From contig JAPKMP010000004.1 of assembly GCA_026645935.1 (NCBI GenBank), forward strand, positions 44,047-108,046: a stretch of DNA of 64,000 nucleotides, written 5' to 3'. The DNA comes from Candidatus Villigracilaceae bacterium (lineage in GTDB: Bacteria; Chloroflexota; Anaerolineae; Anaerolineales; Villigracilaceae). A program made the position numbers and the translations under genes. This document shows positions 23,299 to 31,902 of this stretch, one piece after another. Below the pieces are notes generated by a model, which was given only the letters and a program-made list of their open reading frames with translations, was not told the origin of the DNA and searched no databases. The stretch's first letter is position 1; the number at the start of each line of letters is the position of its first letter.

Positions 23299-24936
23299 TT
23301 ACTTAACGATCATCCCGCCAAAGCCGTTCAAGCGAACGGCTTTTTGATCCAATTCTTCATTTCCCGATAATTTGAAAACGCATTCTGATGAATCAAGCGG
23401 GAATTCATTTTCCCTTTCATCGAAGTTCATCAGAACGATGCGCTCTTCGCTCGCTGTTTTGCGGATGAAACCCAAAACATTTTTCGGAAGCCCGTTCAAA
23501 AGTTCCAGCAAACCTTCCTGCATCGTGATGTTTTCCCGGCGAAATTTCAGCAAACGTTTGAACGTGTTCAGGAGCGAAGTTTCATCCGCGTTTTCCCGCT
23601 TCGCATTGACTGTTGGATAATTCGGATGCACCGGCAGCCAGGTCTTTTCTGCAACAGAAAACCCGGCGTTCCTGGATTCGTCCCATTGCATCGGCGTGCG
23701 GACTTCGTCTCGATTCACAGTCACGTCCATCAGGTCGAAGAAGAGGCGCGGCGCGAATGTGTATTTATGCGGGATCGGGTCGAGCGCGTTCTTGAATGGG
23801 AGGTCGAGGTTGGTCATGCCGAGCTCTTCGCCGTAATAGGTGCAGGGCACGCCGCGCACAGTGAATTGAAGCATGGCGAGAAGTTTTGCCTTGCGGATAT
23901 CGTCTCTCAGACGATGGATGCTCCGGCGTTTGTCAAGGTTGCTGAAGACATAGACCGGCATGAAAGGCGGCGAGAAATGCCTATCGATGTCTTCGATCAA
24001 GGCGCGGAAATATTCCGCAGTGAATTTGAATTGGAGCATCTCGAAATCGAAGACGAGGGTCAGGCCATCGTTTGTTTCTTCCCCGGCATATGTGCGGACG
24101 ACCTCCCGCGCCGCTGCAACCTCACCGACGGTGAGGATTTTGCCGAACTCATCGGTCAATTTTCGAAATTCTCTCGCCAGGTCGAAGGATTCAGGCTGGT
24201 CCTGCGAATATTTTGCTTTTTGCAGAAACCCGGAAGGATCGTTCGGCGTTGGCGCAAGCTTGAATGCGAAGGGATTGTCCCGGAATTCCTCATTCTTGTA
24301 AATGGTATTGAAGATGTCAAGGCGGTAACCATCCACGCCTTTGGCGAGCCAAAAGCGGGCGATGTCGAACATCGTCTTTTTGACTTCGGAGTTGCGCCAG
24401 TTCAGATCCGGTTGGAAGGGAAGAAAACTCGCCCAATAATATTGTCCGCGTTCCCCGGCGTAATGCCAGCCCGAGCCGCCGGTCATGCTCTGCCAGTTGT
24501 TTGGTTTTACCCTCACCCCCAACCCCTCTCCCAAAGGGAGAGAGGGACTGCGCCAAAGATACCAATTTGCTTTGGGATTATGCCGCGAAGACCTCGACTC
24601 CAAAAACCAGGGATGCTGGTCGGAGGTGTGATTGAGGACCAGATCGAAAACGATCTTCATCCCGCGCCGATGCGTCTCTTCGATCAGCTGCAAGGCATCC
24701 TCCATCGTACCGAACTCCGGGGCGGTGGAGAGATAATCCGAGACGTCGTAACCAAAGTCCCGTTGGGGTGAGGCGAAGAAAGGGGAGACCCAGATCGCCT
24801 CGAAACCGATATCCTTCAGATAATCCAGTTTTTGGATGATGCCCCTCAGGTCGCCGACGCCATCGCCGTTCGCGTCCATGAACGAACGGGGGTAGATTTG
24901 ATAGATCGTTGTTTTGTGATACCAGGGAATGGTCAT
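23299..24936 (-). CDS. GH13 alpha-glucosidase / oligo-1,6-glucosidase-like
   Basis: It starts at MTIPWYHKTTIYQIYPRSF. GH13 motifs are GFEAIWVSPF, DLVLNHTS and GVDGYRLD. The track's 646-aa version adds an implausible 101-aa leader that collides with the divergent vWA gene. Confidence 0.85.
   Translation of the reverse strand: MTIPWYHKTTIYQIYPRSFMDANGDGVGDLRGIIQKLDYLKDIGFEAIWVSPFFASPQRDFGYDVSDYLSTAPEFGTMEDALQLIEETHRRGMKIVFDLVLNHTSDQHPWFLESRSSRHNPKANWYLWRSPSLPLGEGLGVRVKPNNWQSMTGGSGWHYAGERGQYYWASFLPFQPDLNWRNSEVKKTMFDIARFWLAKGVDGYRLDIFNTIYKNEEFRDNPFAFKLAPTPNDPSGFLQKAKYSQDQPESFDLAREFRKLTDEFGKILTVGEVAAAREVVRTYAGEETNDGLTLVFDFEMLQFKFTAEYFRALIEDIDRHFSPPFMPVYVFSNLDKRRSIHRLRDDIRKAKLLAMLQFTVRGVPCTYYGEELGMTNLDLPFKNALDPIPHKYTFAPRLFFDLMDVTVNRDEVRTPMQWDESRNAGFSVAEKTWLPVHPNYPTVNAKRENADETSLLNTFKRLLKFRRENITMQEGLLELLNGLPKNVLGFIRKTASEERIVLMNFDERENEFPLDSSECVFKLSGNEELDQKAVRLNGFGGMIVK
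24510..24546 (-). repeat. GC-rich palindromic element inserted in-frame in the GH13 gene
   Basis: The minus strand reads ccctctctccctttgggagaggggttgggggtgaggg. It encodes SLPLGEGLGVRV between the conserved WYLWR and KPNNWQS blocks. It belongs to the same family as 22115-22152. Confidence 0.7.
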
Positions 24937-25222
24937 GGGTGAATAATCGGTTCTCAGGTATGTTTGTGGTTCTTCCGAAGTATGGCAGAATGAACCATAT
25001 CGTTTGATTGGGGGAACAATCCCCGCAGGCGATACGTCCATTATAAAAACAATTGGTGAGTAGCGGGAACTTCCAATCCGCAGAAGGAGGTCCCATGACC
25101 TGACATCACCCCGCCCCATGAAGAACAGCCGGACGCCGCCTGCTGGTCTTCCGTTCGTCCGCGCAGTTTGCGCTCTCATACGCAAACTCAAGACAATATT
25201 TTCCAAATTTGGAGAAGAGAAA

Positions 25223-26809
25223 ATGAACACCTTACGCAAAGCCTTTGGCTATTGTGCAGTTTTCCTGTTGGTGTTTCTCGCCGCATGCGGCGGGTCGCCA
25301 GCGACCGAAGCCCCCGCAACAGAAGCCGAATACTACGATTACGCTCCCGCCGCCACGGTAGCCGCTCCCATGGAGGAACAGCCCGCTTCCATCATTCCGC
25401 AAGGCGGCAATTACCCGGCTCCCACTGCAAACGCAAACAACGAGCCGTACGACATGTTCTTCGAAGACTATGGAGTCAATCCGTCCATTGATACCGAAGA
25501 CGACAACCTCTCCACGTTCGCATTGGATGTGGATACCGGCTCGTACACCGTCATGCGGAATTATCTCAACGACGGTTTCCTGCCGCCTTCCGAATCTGTG
25601 CGCGTGGAGGAATACATCAATTATTTCGATCAGGGGTATGGACTTCCATCCGAGCATCAGACCTTCAACATTTACATCGACGGCGGACCTTCGCCCTTCA
25701 CCCAAACCGAACGCTACGATATGCTCCGCATCGGGATTCAGGGATACGAGGTCCCGGACGAGGAGAGGAAAGATGCGTCTCTGACCTTTGTAATCGATGT
25801 CTCCGGTTCGATGGACATGGACAACCGCCTGGGTCTGGTCAAGCAATCGCTCGAAATGCTCGTCGAGCAGCTTCATCGCGATGATACGGTCAGCATCGTG
25901 GTTTATGGATCGGATGCGCGCATCGTTCTGGACCCGACACCTGGTTCGCAATCCGGACGGATTCTCTCCGCCATCTATTCGCTCCGCCCTGAAGGCGCGA
26001 CCAACGCCGAAGCCGGCCTGCGGCTCGGATACCGCATGGCGATGGAAGCCTATAATCCGGATGGAATCAACAGAGTGATCCTCTGCTCGGACGGCGTGGC
26101 AAACGTCGGCGAGACCGGACCCGATGCCATCCTCGAAGAGATCGACCATTTTGTCGAAGAGGGCATCACGCTCACCACCATCGGCTTCGGCATGGATAAT
26201 TACAACGACACACTGATGGAGCAACTCGCAGACAACGGCGACGGCTTCTATGCCTACGTGGACGACCGCGATGAAGCCCGCAAACTCTTTGTCGATGAGA
26301 TCACAGGAACATTACAGACCATTGCACTGGACGCCAAGGTGCAGGTGGAGTTCAATCCTGATGTGGTGAGGAACTACCGGCTCGTCGGTTACGAAAACCG
26401 CGATGTGGCAGATGAAGACTTCCGCGACAATGATGTGGATGCGGGCGAGATCGGGGCGGGTCATTCCGTGACGGCGTTGTACGAGGTCAAACTTTATCCC
26501 GAAGCCTATGGAAAGATCGCGACTGTGTTTATGCGTTGGGAGGACCCCGATACGCATCAAGTCATCGAGATTTCGCAGGATTATTACGCCGACCAACTCG
26601 GGCGCGATTTCCGCGAGACGGATCCCTTCTTTCAGCGCGCGGTAGTCGTTGCGGAATTCGCCGAGATTTTGAAAGGCAGTTACTGGGCGGAGGACAGCTC
26701 GCTCGATGATGTGTACGATGAAGCCCGCCGTATCGAAGACGACCTGCGCCGCGACGACGACATGGAAGAGTTTGTCGACCTCGTGAAGATGGCAAGACGC
26801 CTGTGGTGA
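25223..26809 (+). CDS. von Willebrand factor type A domain lipoprotein (YfbK-like)
   Basis: It starts at MNTLRKAFGYCAVFLLVFLAACGG (lipobox) with GGAGAAG upstream. The vWA MIDAS motif is DVSGSM. The C-terminus is long and conserved-looking. Confidence 0.8.
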   Translation: MNTLRKAFGYCAVFLLVFLAACGGSPATEAPATEAEYYDYAPAATVAAPMEEQPASIIPQGGNYPAPTANANNEPYDMFFEDYGVNPSIDTEDDNLSTFALDVDTGSYTVMRNYLNDGFLPPSESVRVEEYINYFDQGYGLPSEHQTFNIYIDGGPSPFTQTERYDMLRIGIQGYEVPDEERKDASLTFVIDVSGSMDMDNRLGLVKQSLEMLVEQLHRDDTVSIVVYGSDARIVLDPTPGSQSGRILSAIYSLRPEGATNAEAGLRLGYRMAMEAYNPDGINRVILCSDGVANVGETGPDAILEEIDHFVEEGITLTTIGFGMDNYNDTLMEQLADNGDGFYAYVDDRDEARKLFVDEITGTLQTIALDAKVQVEFNPDVVRNYRLVGYENRDVADEDFRDNDVDAGEIGAGHSVTALYEVKLYPEAYGKIATVFMRWEDPDTHQVIEISQDYYADQLGRDFRETDPFFQRAVVVAEFAEILKGSYWAEDSSLDDVYDEARRIEDDLRRDDDMEEFVDLVKMARRLW

Positions 26810-26823
26810 CGTGAAAAAACAAG

Positions 26824-26856
26824 ACTCACCCGGAAACTAAGGTTTCACGGGTGAGT
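26824..26856. terminator. hairpin between the convergent vWA gene and the ebo-like operon
   Basis: actcacccg...cgggtgagt is a 9-bp stem with a 15-nt loop. Confidence 0.5.
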
Positions 26857-27004
26857 TCGTCTTTAAAAGCAATCGGGATGCGGTTAACTTTGAAATCGCG
26901 GATTTATTTAATCCTTTTCCGCGCGCTTTGCGGTCTGCGCTCATCCGCGTCCCAAAATTAATTCTGGTTTTTTATGTTTAGACAGCGCAATCCGGGCAGG
27001 GAAT

Positions 27005-27901
27005 CTATTTGAAGAAAACAAAGGCGGTGATTATGATCAACTGCGCCAATGGATAATAACTGGCGTTATCGAACAATTTTGCCGCCATCCGCGCTTCCCT
27101 TTGCTTATTGAAAAGTTCGTATCCCGGTTTCAGCAGCAGAACCCCTCCCGCGGCGGCGCTGGCAAGCAGGTAAAGCCAGCCCAACCCGAGCGGCGAAGCC
27201 TGTGGGAGAAGCAGGCTGAAAATCACTGTAAAGCCCAGGGTCAGCAGAACAATGATCGCTGCGGTTTGAGTCCCGAGCTGCAGGGGAATCGTCTTGGCGT
27301 TGACCCGGCGATCCTCGGCTGTGTCGTTCCAATCCGCCGGAACATTTTGTCCGCCAATCTCCCAGAAGAATACCCAGGCGAGCACGAGCAGGACAAGTTG
27401 AAACGATGGATTGGGATCGACGACATAGATCGCCGAAATGGGTCCGCTCGATTTGACCAGTCCGCTGGCAAAGGTCCGCAGGTAGGTTACCTTTAGAAGA
27501 AGGCAATAGATCACCTCGAGGATCGCGGCCGCGATCAGGATGACGACGATGAACGGGTTCAACAGGTAGCAGCCGATAAGCGCCAGGACGAACCATCCTG
27601 CAAACCAAAGGATCCCGCTGCGATAACTCAATGCGTTCTGTGCCAGCGGATAGCGCAGGTCAGACGCCTCGACGGAATAACCGGCGTTGATTCCGCCCGC
27701 AAATTTTTCCTTATCCACGGCGATGCCGACCAGATCGTTGAGGGCGTAGATCGCCGTGTATGCGGCGAAGGCGGTAAAGATCGAAAGGAGAACGACCTGC
27801 CATTGAGGAAAATCTCCCAGCCACAACAGCGCGACAAAACCGGGCGTGGCAAGGTCCAATATCCCGTGCGTGGTGCGGGAAAGCGCGAAGAAACGTTTCA
27901 T
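27005..27901 (-). CDS. UbiA-family aromatic/cyclitol prenyltransferase (EboC-like)
   Basis: Polytopic membrane ORF. The first Asp-rich motif is ALNDLVGIAVDKEK and the second is NDTAEDRRVNAKT. I chose ATG 27901 because GGAGA lies 6 nt upstream. The alternative start 28006 lies 5 nt after the ubiG-like stop. Confidence 0.75.
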   Translation of the reverse strand: MKRFFALSRTTHGILDLATPGFVALLWLGDFPQWQVVLLSIFTAFAAYTAIYALNDLVGIAVDKEKFAGGINAGYSVEASDLRYPLAQNALSYRSGILWFAGWFVLALIGCYLLNPFIVVILIAAAILEVIYCLLLKVTYLRTFASGLVKSSGPISAIYVVDPNPSFQLVLLVLAWVFFWEIGGQNVPADWNDTAEDRRVNAKTIPLQLGTQTAAIIVLLTLGFTVIFSLLLPQASPLGLGWLYLLASAAAGGVLLLKPGYELFNKQREARMAAKLFDNASYYPLAQLIIITAFVFFK

Positions 27902-28011
27902 TGATTGTCTCCACAAATCATGTCGATGCAAACCGGCGGGCGATGCGATCTCCGGATCAATTGGGAGGACCGCTTCATGGATCCACGGACCCTGTTGCAG
28001 TGACATATAAA

Positions 28012-28719
28012 TTATTTCTTTTTGAAATGCGCCATGTAGTTCACGTCTTCTTTATCTGGGGCGACCTTCCAACTGCGGGCGAGGGGATTGTACATCAGAC
28101 TGGCGAGACGCACGAACTCCAAACCGGCTTCGCGATTCCAGGCTTTCAATTCAACCGGGCGGATCAATTTGGAGTAGGTGTGTGTGCCGCGGGGTAAAAG
28201 GCGCAAAATATATTCGCCGCCGACTATCGCAAACAAAAATGCCTTGAGTGTGCGGTTGATGGTCGAAAAGAAGGCGAAACCGCCCGGCTTCAACGCTTGG
28301 GCGCAAGCCGCCACCACTTTGCCGGGTTCCGGCACATGCTCCAGCATTTCCATGCAGGCCACTGCGTCGAACATACCCGCCTGGTTGCCGGCGAATGCTT
28401 CCGTGCTTTCATACCGGTAGTCGATGTTCAATCCCTGTTGTTGAGCGTGTCTTCGGGCGACTTGAAGCGACGCCTCGGACAGGTCCAGGCCTGTCACTTG
28501 CGCCCCGGCTTTTGCCAGCGCCTCAGAGAGGATTCCGCCCCCGCATCCCACATCCAGGATTTTTGGGTTCGGAGTCGGAATCCTCTCCATGATGAACTTC
28601 GTCCGCAAAGGGTTGATGGTATGGAGAGTTCCCATCTCGCCTTTGGGATCCCACCAGATTTGCGAGACCCGGTCGAACTTGTCGATTTCCCTGTTGTCGG
28701 CGTTATCAAACGTGGTCAT
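28012..28719 (-). CDS. ubiG: UbiG-type class I SAM-dependent O-methyltransferase
   Basis: 235 aa, alignable by eye along its whole length with E. coli UbiG. Shared blocks are WWDPKGEMGTLHTINPLR, ILDVGCGGGILSE, CMEMLEHVPEP and GTHTYSKLIRPVEL. Confidence 0.75.
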   Translation of the reverse strand: MTTFDNADNREIDKFDRVSQIWWDPKGEMGTLHTINPLRTKFIMERIPTPNPKILDVGCGGGILSEALAKAGAQVTGLDLSEASLQVARRHAQQQGLNIDYRYESTEAFAGNQAGMFDAVACMEMLEHVPEPGKVVAACAQALKPGGFAFFSTINRTLKAFLFAIVGGEYILRLLPRGTHTYSKLIRPVELKAWNREAGLEFVRLASLMYNPLARSWKVAPDKEDVNYMAHFKKK

Positions 28720-29833
28720 AGTTTATGGCGATCCAATCCTCTAAATTCTTGACTGCGAACTCGATCTCGTCCGTTTTGATATCGTTCAGGAACACGCAAT
28801 CGCCGATCCCACGCGGCATCGGGACGCGCTGGAGTCCGTTTCGGTGGTAGGTGCGCTCCGTCAGCGAAGCCCAGAGCAGTTCCGGGTCCAGAAGCGAGGC
28901 GTCGAGTTCGTATCCCAACGAAACGACCAGGCGGAAGATGCGCTCCGTCTCTTCGTCCGATAAAAGATTCCTGCCGCTCGCGATTACTGCCGAGAGTAGG
29001 ATGTCGAATAATACCGCCTCGCCGTGGAATAAATGGGCTTCGTGGCGGGTTTCGAGGCCGTAACTGAACGTATGCCCGAAATCCACTCTGCGCGCCAATT
29101 CCTCTTCGAATAGATTGGGCTGTAATTCATCGATCATTCCGTCGATCGCGCGGTCGAGGATGACGCCGCCTTCCTCGTCCTGAAAATGCGCATCGACGCT
29201 TCGCGCCCCGTGAATCTCGAGCAGGTCGAACAATCCCGCATCTTTGATGACCGCCAGTTTGATGATCTCGCATACCCCGTTCAGGATGTGGCGGCGCGGC
29301 AGGGTCTTCAGGAAGGATTTATCGAGAAGGACTTTTTGCGGGGGATGAAACGCTCCCAGGCGGTTCTTGCTCCCGTTGAAATTGATTCCGGTCTTGATGC
29401 CGATCGATGCGTCGACATATCCCATTAGGGTGGTCGGCACTTTGATATGCGGGACGCCGCGGCGATAGTTCGCCGCCACGAAGCCGGCCACATCGGTCAG
29501 CACGCCACCCCCGATGGCGATGATCGGTTCGTCCCTGCGGTGGATCGGGAAGGAATCCAATTCACGCAAAAAATAAAGATGGTGTTCCAGGGTCTTGTTC
29601 TCTTCGCCGCCGGGAAAGGTGACGATCTTTGCCTCGATGTGATGGTGTGAAAAATAGTTTCGAATTTCTACGGAGAAGTGCCTCTCCACATTTTCGTCCA
29701 CCACCACGAATCGGCGGGCGTCTTCTATTCGGCCCACCGAGAGAAGCGCCCAATTCTGCGGATGGAACAGGTCCGAGGTATTGATGACCTCGTATTCGAT
29801 CGTGTGTTGATATGTGACTCGTCTTTTGCTCAT
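28706..29833 (-). CDS. sugar-phosphate cyclase of the 3-dehydroquinate synthase superfamily (EboD/EEVS-like)
   Basis: It starts at MSKRRVTYQH. It has the GGGVLTDVAGFVAA nucleotide loop, metal/His motifs (DFGHTFSYGLE, HGEAVLFD) and RHILNGVCEIIK. There is a 14-nt overlap with the ubiG-like start. Confidence 0.75.
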   Translation of the reverse strand: MSKRRVTYQHTIEYEVINTSDLFHPQNWALLSVGRIEDARRFVVVDENVERHFSVEIRNYFSHHHIEAKIVTFPGGEENKTLEHHLYFLRELDSFPIHRRDEPIIAIGGGVLTDVAGFVAANYRRGVPHIKVPTTLMGYVDASIGIKTGINFNGSKNRLGAFHPPQKVLLDKSFLKTLPRRHILNGVCEIIKLAVIKDAGLFDLLEIHGARSVDAHFQDEEGGVILDRAIDGMIDELQPNLFEEELARRVDFGHTFSYGLETRHEAHLFHGEAVLFDILLSAVIASGRNLLSDEETERIFRLVVSLGYELDASLLDPELLWASLTERTYHRNGLQRVPMPRGIGDCVFLNDIKTDEIEFAVKNLEDWIAINYDHV

Positions 29834-29840
29834 TCTTACT

Positions 29841-30320
29841 CTAAATGATCCGTTTCCAATTGGGTTTTGCTTCCAAAACACGCCTGGCAAGCGCCTGCGC
29901 CAGTTCAAGGCTGTGGTTCTTGTAATTGCCGCATTGCGCGATGTTGGCGTAGGGCACTTCGCTTGCGGCGAGAACATCGTTCAGTATTTTTTCATACACG
30001 TCATGGACGGCTTGCATACGCCCTTCGTTGAAAAGGATAAGATAAAATCCGGTCTGGCATCCCATCAGGCCGAGGGAGATGAAATTTTTCGGCATGTATT
30101 TTTGAAAACCCCATAAAAGAAAATGCTCGAAGGAGTGCATTTCTGTGGACGAAAGAAAAACGGAATTCGGCTCATTGATGCGCAGGTCGACGGAATACAC
30201 CACGTCGCCGGAGGGTCCCGGCGTTGCGGCGCGTAATTTGACGTGCGGAGCCTTCAGCAGTCGGTGGTCCAATTCCCCGACCGTCCCAGCCTCCCAGCCG
30301 AGTTGGGCAAAATCCATCAT
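29841..30320 (-). CDS. luxS: S-ribosylhomocysteine lyase (LuxS family)
   Basis: 159 aa. HSFEH matches HTLEH, MGCQTGFY holds the catalytic Cys and QCG holds the third metal ligand. All align with B. subtilis LuxS as I recall it. Confidence 0.8.
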   Translation of the reverse strand: MMDFAQLGWEAGTVGELDHRLLKAPHVKLRAATPGPSGDVVYSVDLRINEPNSVFLSSTEMHSFEHFLLWGFQKYMPKNFISLGLMGCQTGFYLILFNEGRMQAVHDVYEKILNDVLAASEVPYANIAQCGNYKNHSLELAQALARRVLEAKPNWKRII

Positions 30321-30363
30321 GACTCTCTCCTATAAATTCACGCGCGTAGGGCGCGATCATGGT

Positions 30364-31605
30364 TTACACGAATTGCGACAAATGCTTGTAGCTATCGTTC
30401 AGCGCCTTTTCCCAGGAGGCGACGTGATGATACAGTTCGACGGACGCATACCCCGAGAAGCCGTTGTCGGTCAGCGCCTTGAAACTTGCGGCGAAATCCA
30501 TCGTCCCTTCGCCGGGAATCTCGTGAAAGTGGACGATGCCTGTCAGGGTGTTCGCGACCATTTTATCCATCAAGAGTTTACCGTTACTGTCTTTGGTGCT
30601 TCGCAGGTAAATGATGATCGGACGGGCGCGTTCCAGCACGTCGTAGGTCAAACCGGGGACGGAGATAAGATAGACGAAAATTTCGCTCTCGAATGGGGAC
30701 TGACCCGCAAAAAGGTTGTTATAGTCCACGAAGGCGGGGTCGGTGGTAATGTTTACCGAGCCAAGAATCGATTCGATGCGTTTCTTCTGTCTTGCATCTG
30801 GCAGTTCGTCGTGGAAGTAAATCGGGTGGTCGCAGTCTACCAAAAGGTAATCTGCCGATTCGGGGAAGTAGATCAGATACCTGGCGAAGTTCAGATCCAT
30901 TTTGAGGCTGTCCGCCCATTTGACCAGTTTCAAGTTGTAACCTTCCTGTGAATCGGATACGTGCAGGAATTTGGCGCGTTTCGCGGCCCTGCCCAGGGCT
31001 TCGAGGTAATTCGTCTCGGAACAGTAATTGTGATTCAGGTCAAGGTGCAGTTGAAAGCGGTTGGAGCCGACTTCATCCACCAAGCTCATGCCCTGTTCCA
31101 GCGTTTCGATGTACATGCCGGGTTCGGGTTCGATCAGAAGCGTGATGTCCTCGTCCTCGCGCAATTCCTTCAAACATTGATGGACGCTGTCCACAAGCAA
31201 TTCGCGCGGATCGACCAACGGATTGCTGACGTGCTCATCGCGGATGAAGCCGCTTCCGAACGTGACGAGGGGCACATCCAACGCCCGGGCAACGTGGATC
31301 CCGCGCTTCACAAGGTCGATGCGGCGTTTCCTTCCGGCGAGGTCGGGACTCATGAGCGAAGGTTCATGCGGACGCTGGGGAGTGAAAAAATGCGATGCGG
31401 TCGAAACACAGGCGGCGGTCACTTCCAATGAGTCCAGTTTCTTTTTGACTGCGGCAAGATATTCACTTGTGATATCGAAGGGGTTGAACTGGTCGCGGTG
31501 GAAGGAAAGTTCCACGCCGGGGTAACCTGCCTTGTCCACTTCTTCGATGGATCGCAGGAAATCGAGGTTGGTCAAGCCAAATGTGCTGTAACTGAGTTTG
31601 ATCAT
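30364..31605 (-). CDS. xylose-isomerase-like TIM-barrel protein (sugar-phosphate isomerase/epimerase family; EboE-like) with a large insertion
   Basis: 413 aa. Typical blocks are GYPGVELSF, PLVTFGSGF, LLIEPEPG, LHLDLNH and HFHEIPGEG. About 150 extra residues lie between HVSDSQ and HFHE. Confidence 0.65.
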   Translation of the reverse strand: MIKLSYSTFGLTNLDFLRSIEEVDKAGYPGVELSFHRDQFNPFDITSEYLAAVKKKLDSLEVTAACVSTASHFFTPQRPHEPSLMSPDLAGRKRRIDLVKRGIHVARALDVPLVTFGSGFIRDEHVSNPLVDPRELLVDSVHQCLKELREDEDITLLIEPEPGMYIETLEQGMSLVDEVGSNRFQLHLDLNHNYCSETNYLEALGRAAKRAKFLHVSDSQEGYNLKLVKWADSLKMDLNFARYLIYFPESADYLLVDCDHPIYFHDELPDARQKKRIESILGSVNITTDPAFVDYNNLFAGQSPFESEIFVYLISVPGLTYDVLERARPIIIYLRSTKDSNGKLLMDKMVANTLTGIVHFHEIPGEGTMDFAASFKALTDNGFSGYASVELYHHVASWEKALNDSYKHLSQFV

Positions 31606-31834
31606 TCAAAACGCTCCAAACAGAAAACCTGTCCGGTTGGGGGCAGGCAGAGGTCTTTCACCTCCGGCTGGCAATTCGCGATTTTACCATCGCTTGTGAA
31701 GTATTGGACTTTCCTATTTGCAAAGATTCAGACACAACGCTCCCTCCATGGGTAGCGGTGAAGACGTTCGCCACAAAAACGACATGATGGAGTTCTTATC
31801 TGTTGGCGATGGCTGTCGCTTGGGTTTAAAAACG

Positions 31835-31862
31835 GAGTCCGAAGTCTCCAGACTTCGGACTC
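31835..31862 (-). terminator. intrinsic terminator of the ABC importer operon
   Basis: gagtccgaagtc-tcca-gacttcggactc is a 12-bp stem followed on the minus strand by TTTTT. Confidence 0.75.
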
Positions 31863-31902
31863 TCTGTTTGGAACTCCCAAGCTTGAAACTTCCGGGAATA
31901 TT

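Noticed and set aside
24937-25239. Long N-terminal extensions offered by the ORF track. Examples are GH13 to 25239, vWA from 25118, the cyclase-like gene to 29977, SBP to 33636, the secreted protein to 45003, nusB to 46787, the spermidine-synthase-like gene to 50250 and VanZ from 41935.
   Set aside because: Internal starts have Shine-Dalgarno sequences and restore canonical N-termini or signal peptides. They also remove overlaps with neighbouring genes or terminators.
25223-26809. The vWA protein as part of a vWA-MoxR or vWA-based conflict system.
   Set aside because: There is no adjacent MoxR/AAA+ ATPase or effector gene. It is a stand-alone, signal-peptide-bearing YfbK-like protein flanked by convergent and divergent unrelated genes.
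27005-28719. ubiG plus ubiA as part of an ordinary ubiquinone pathway.
   Set aside because: No other ubi genes are nearby. The two genes are embedded in an operon with a DHQS-like cyclase, a TIM barrel and LuxS. The UbiA motif is atypical. The ebo-like interpretation fits the context better, but it needs whole-genome confirmation.
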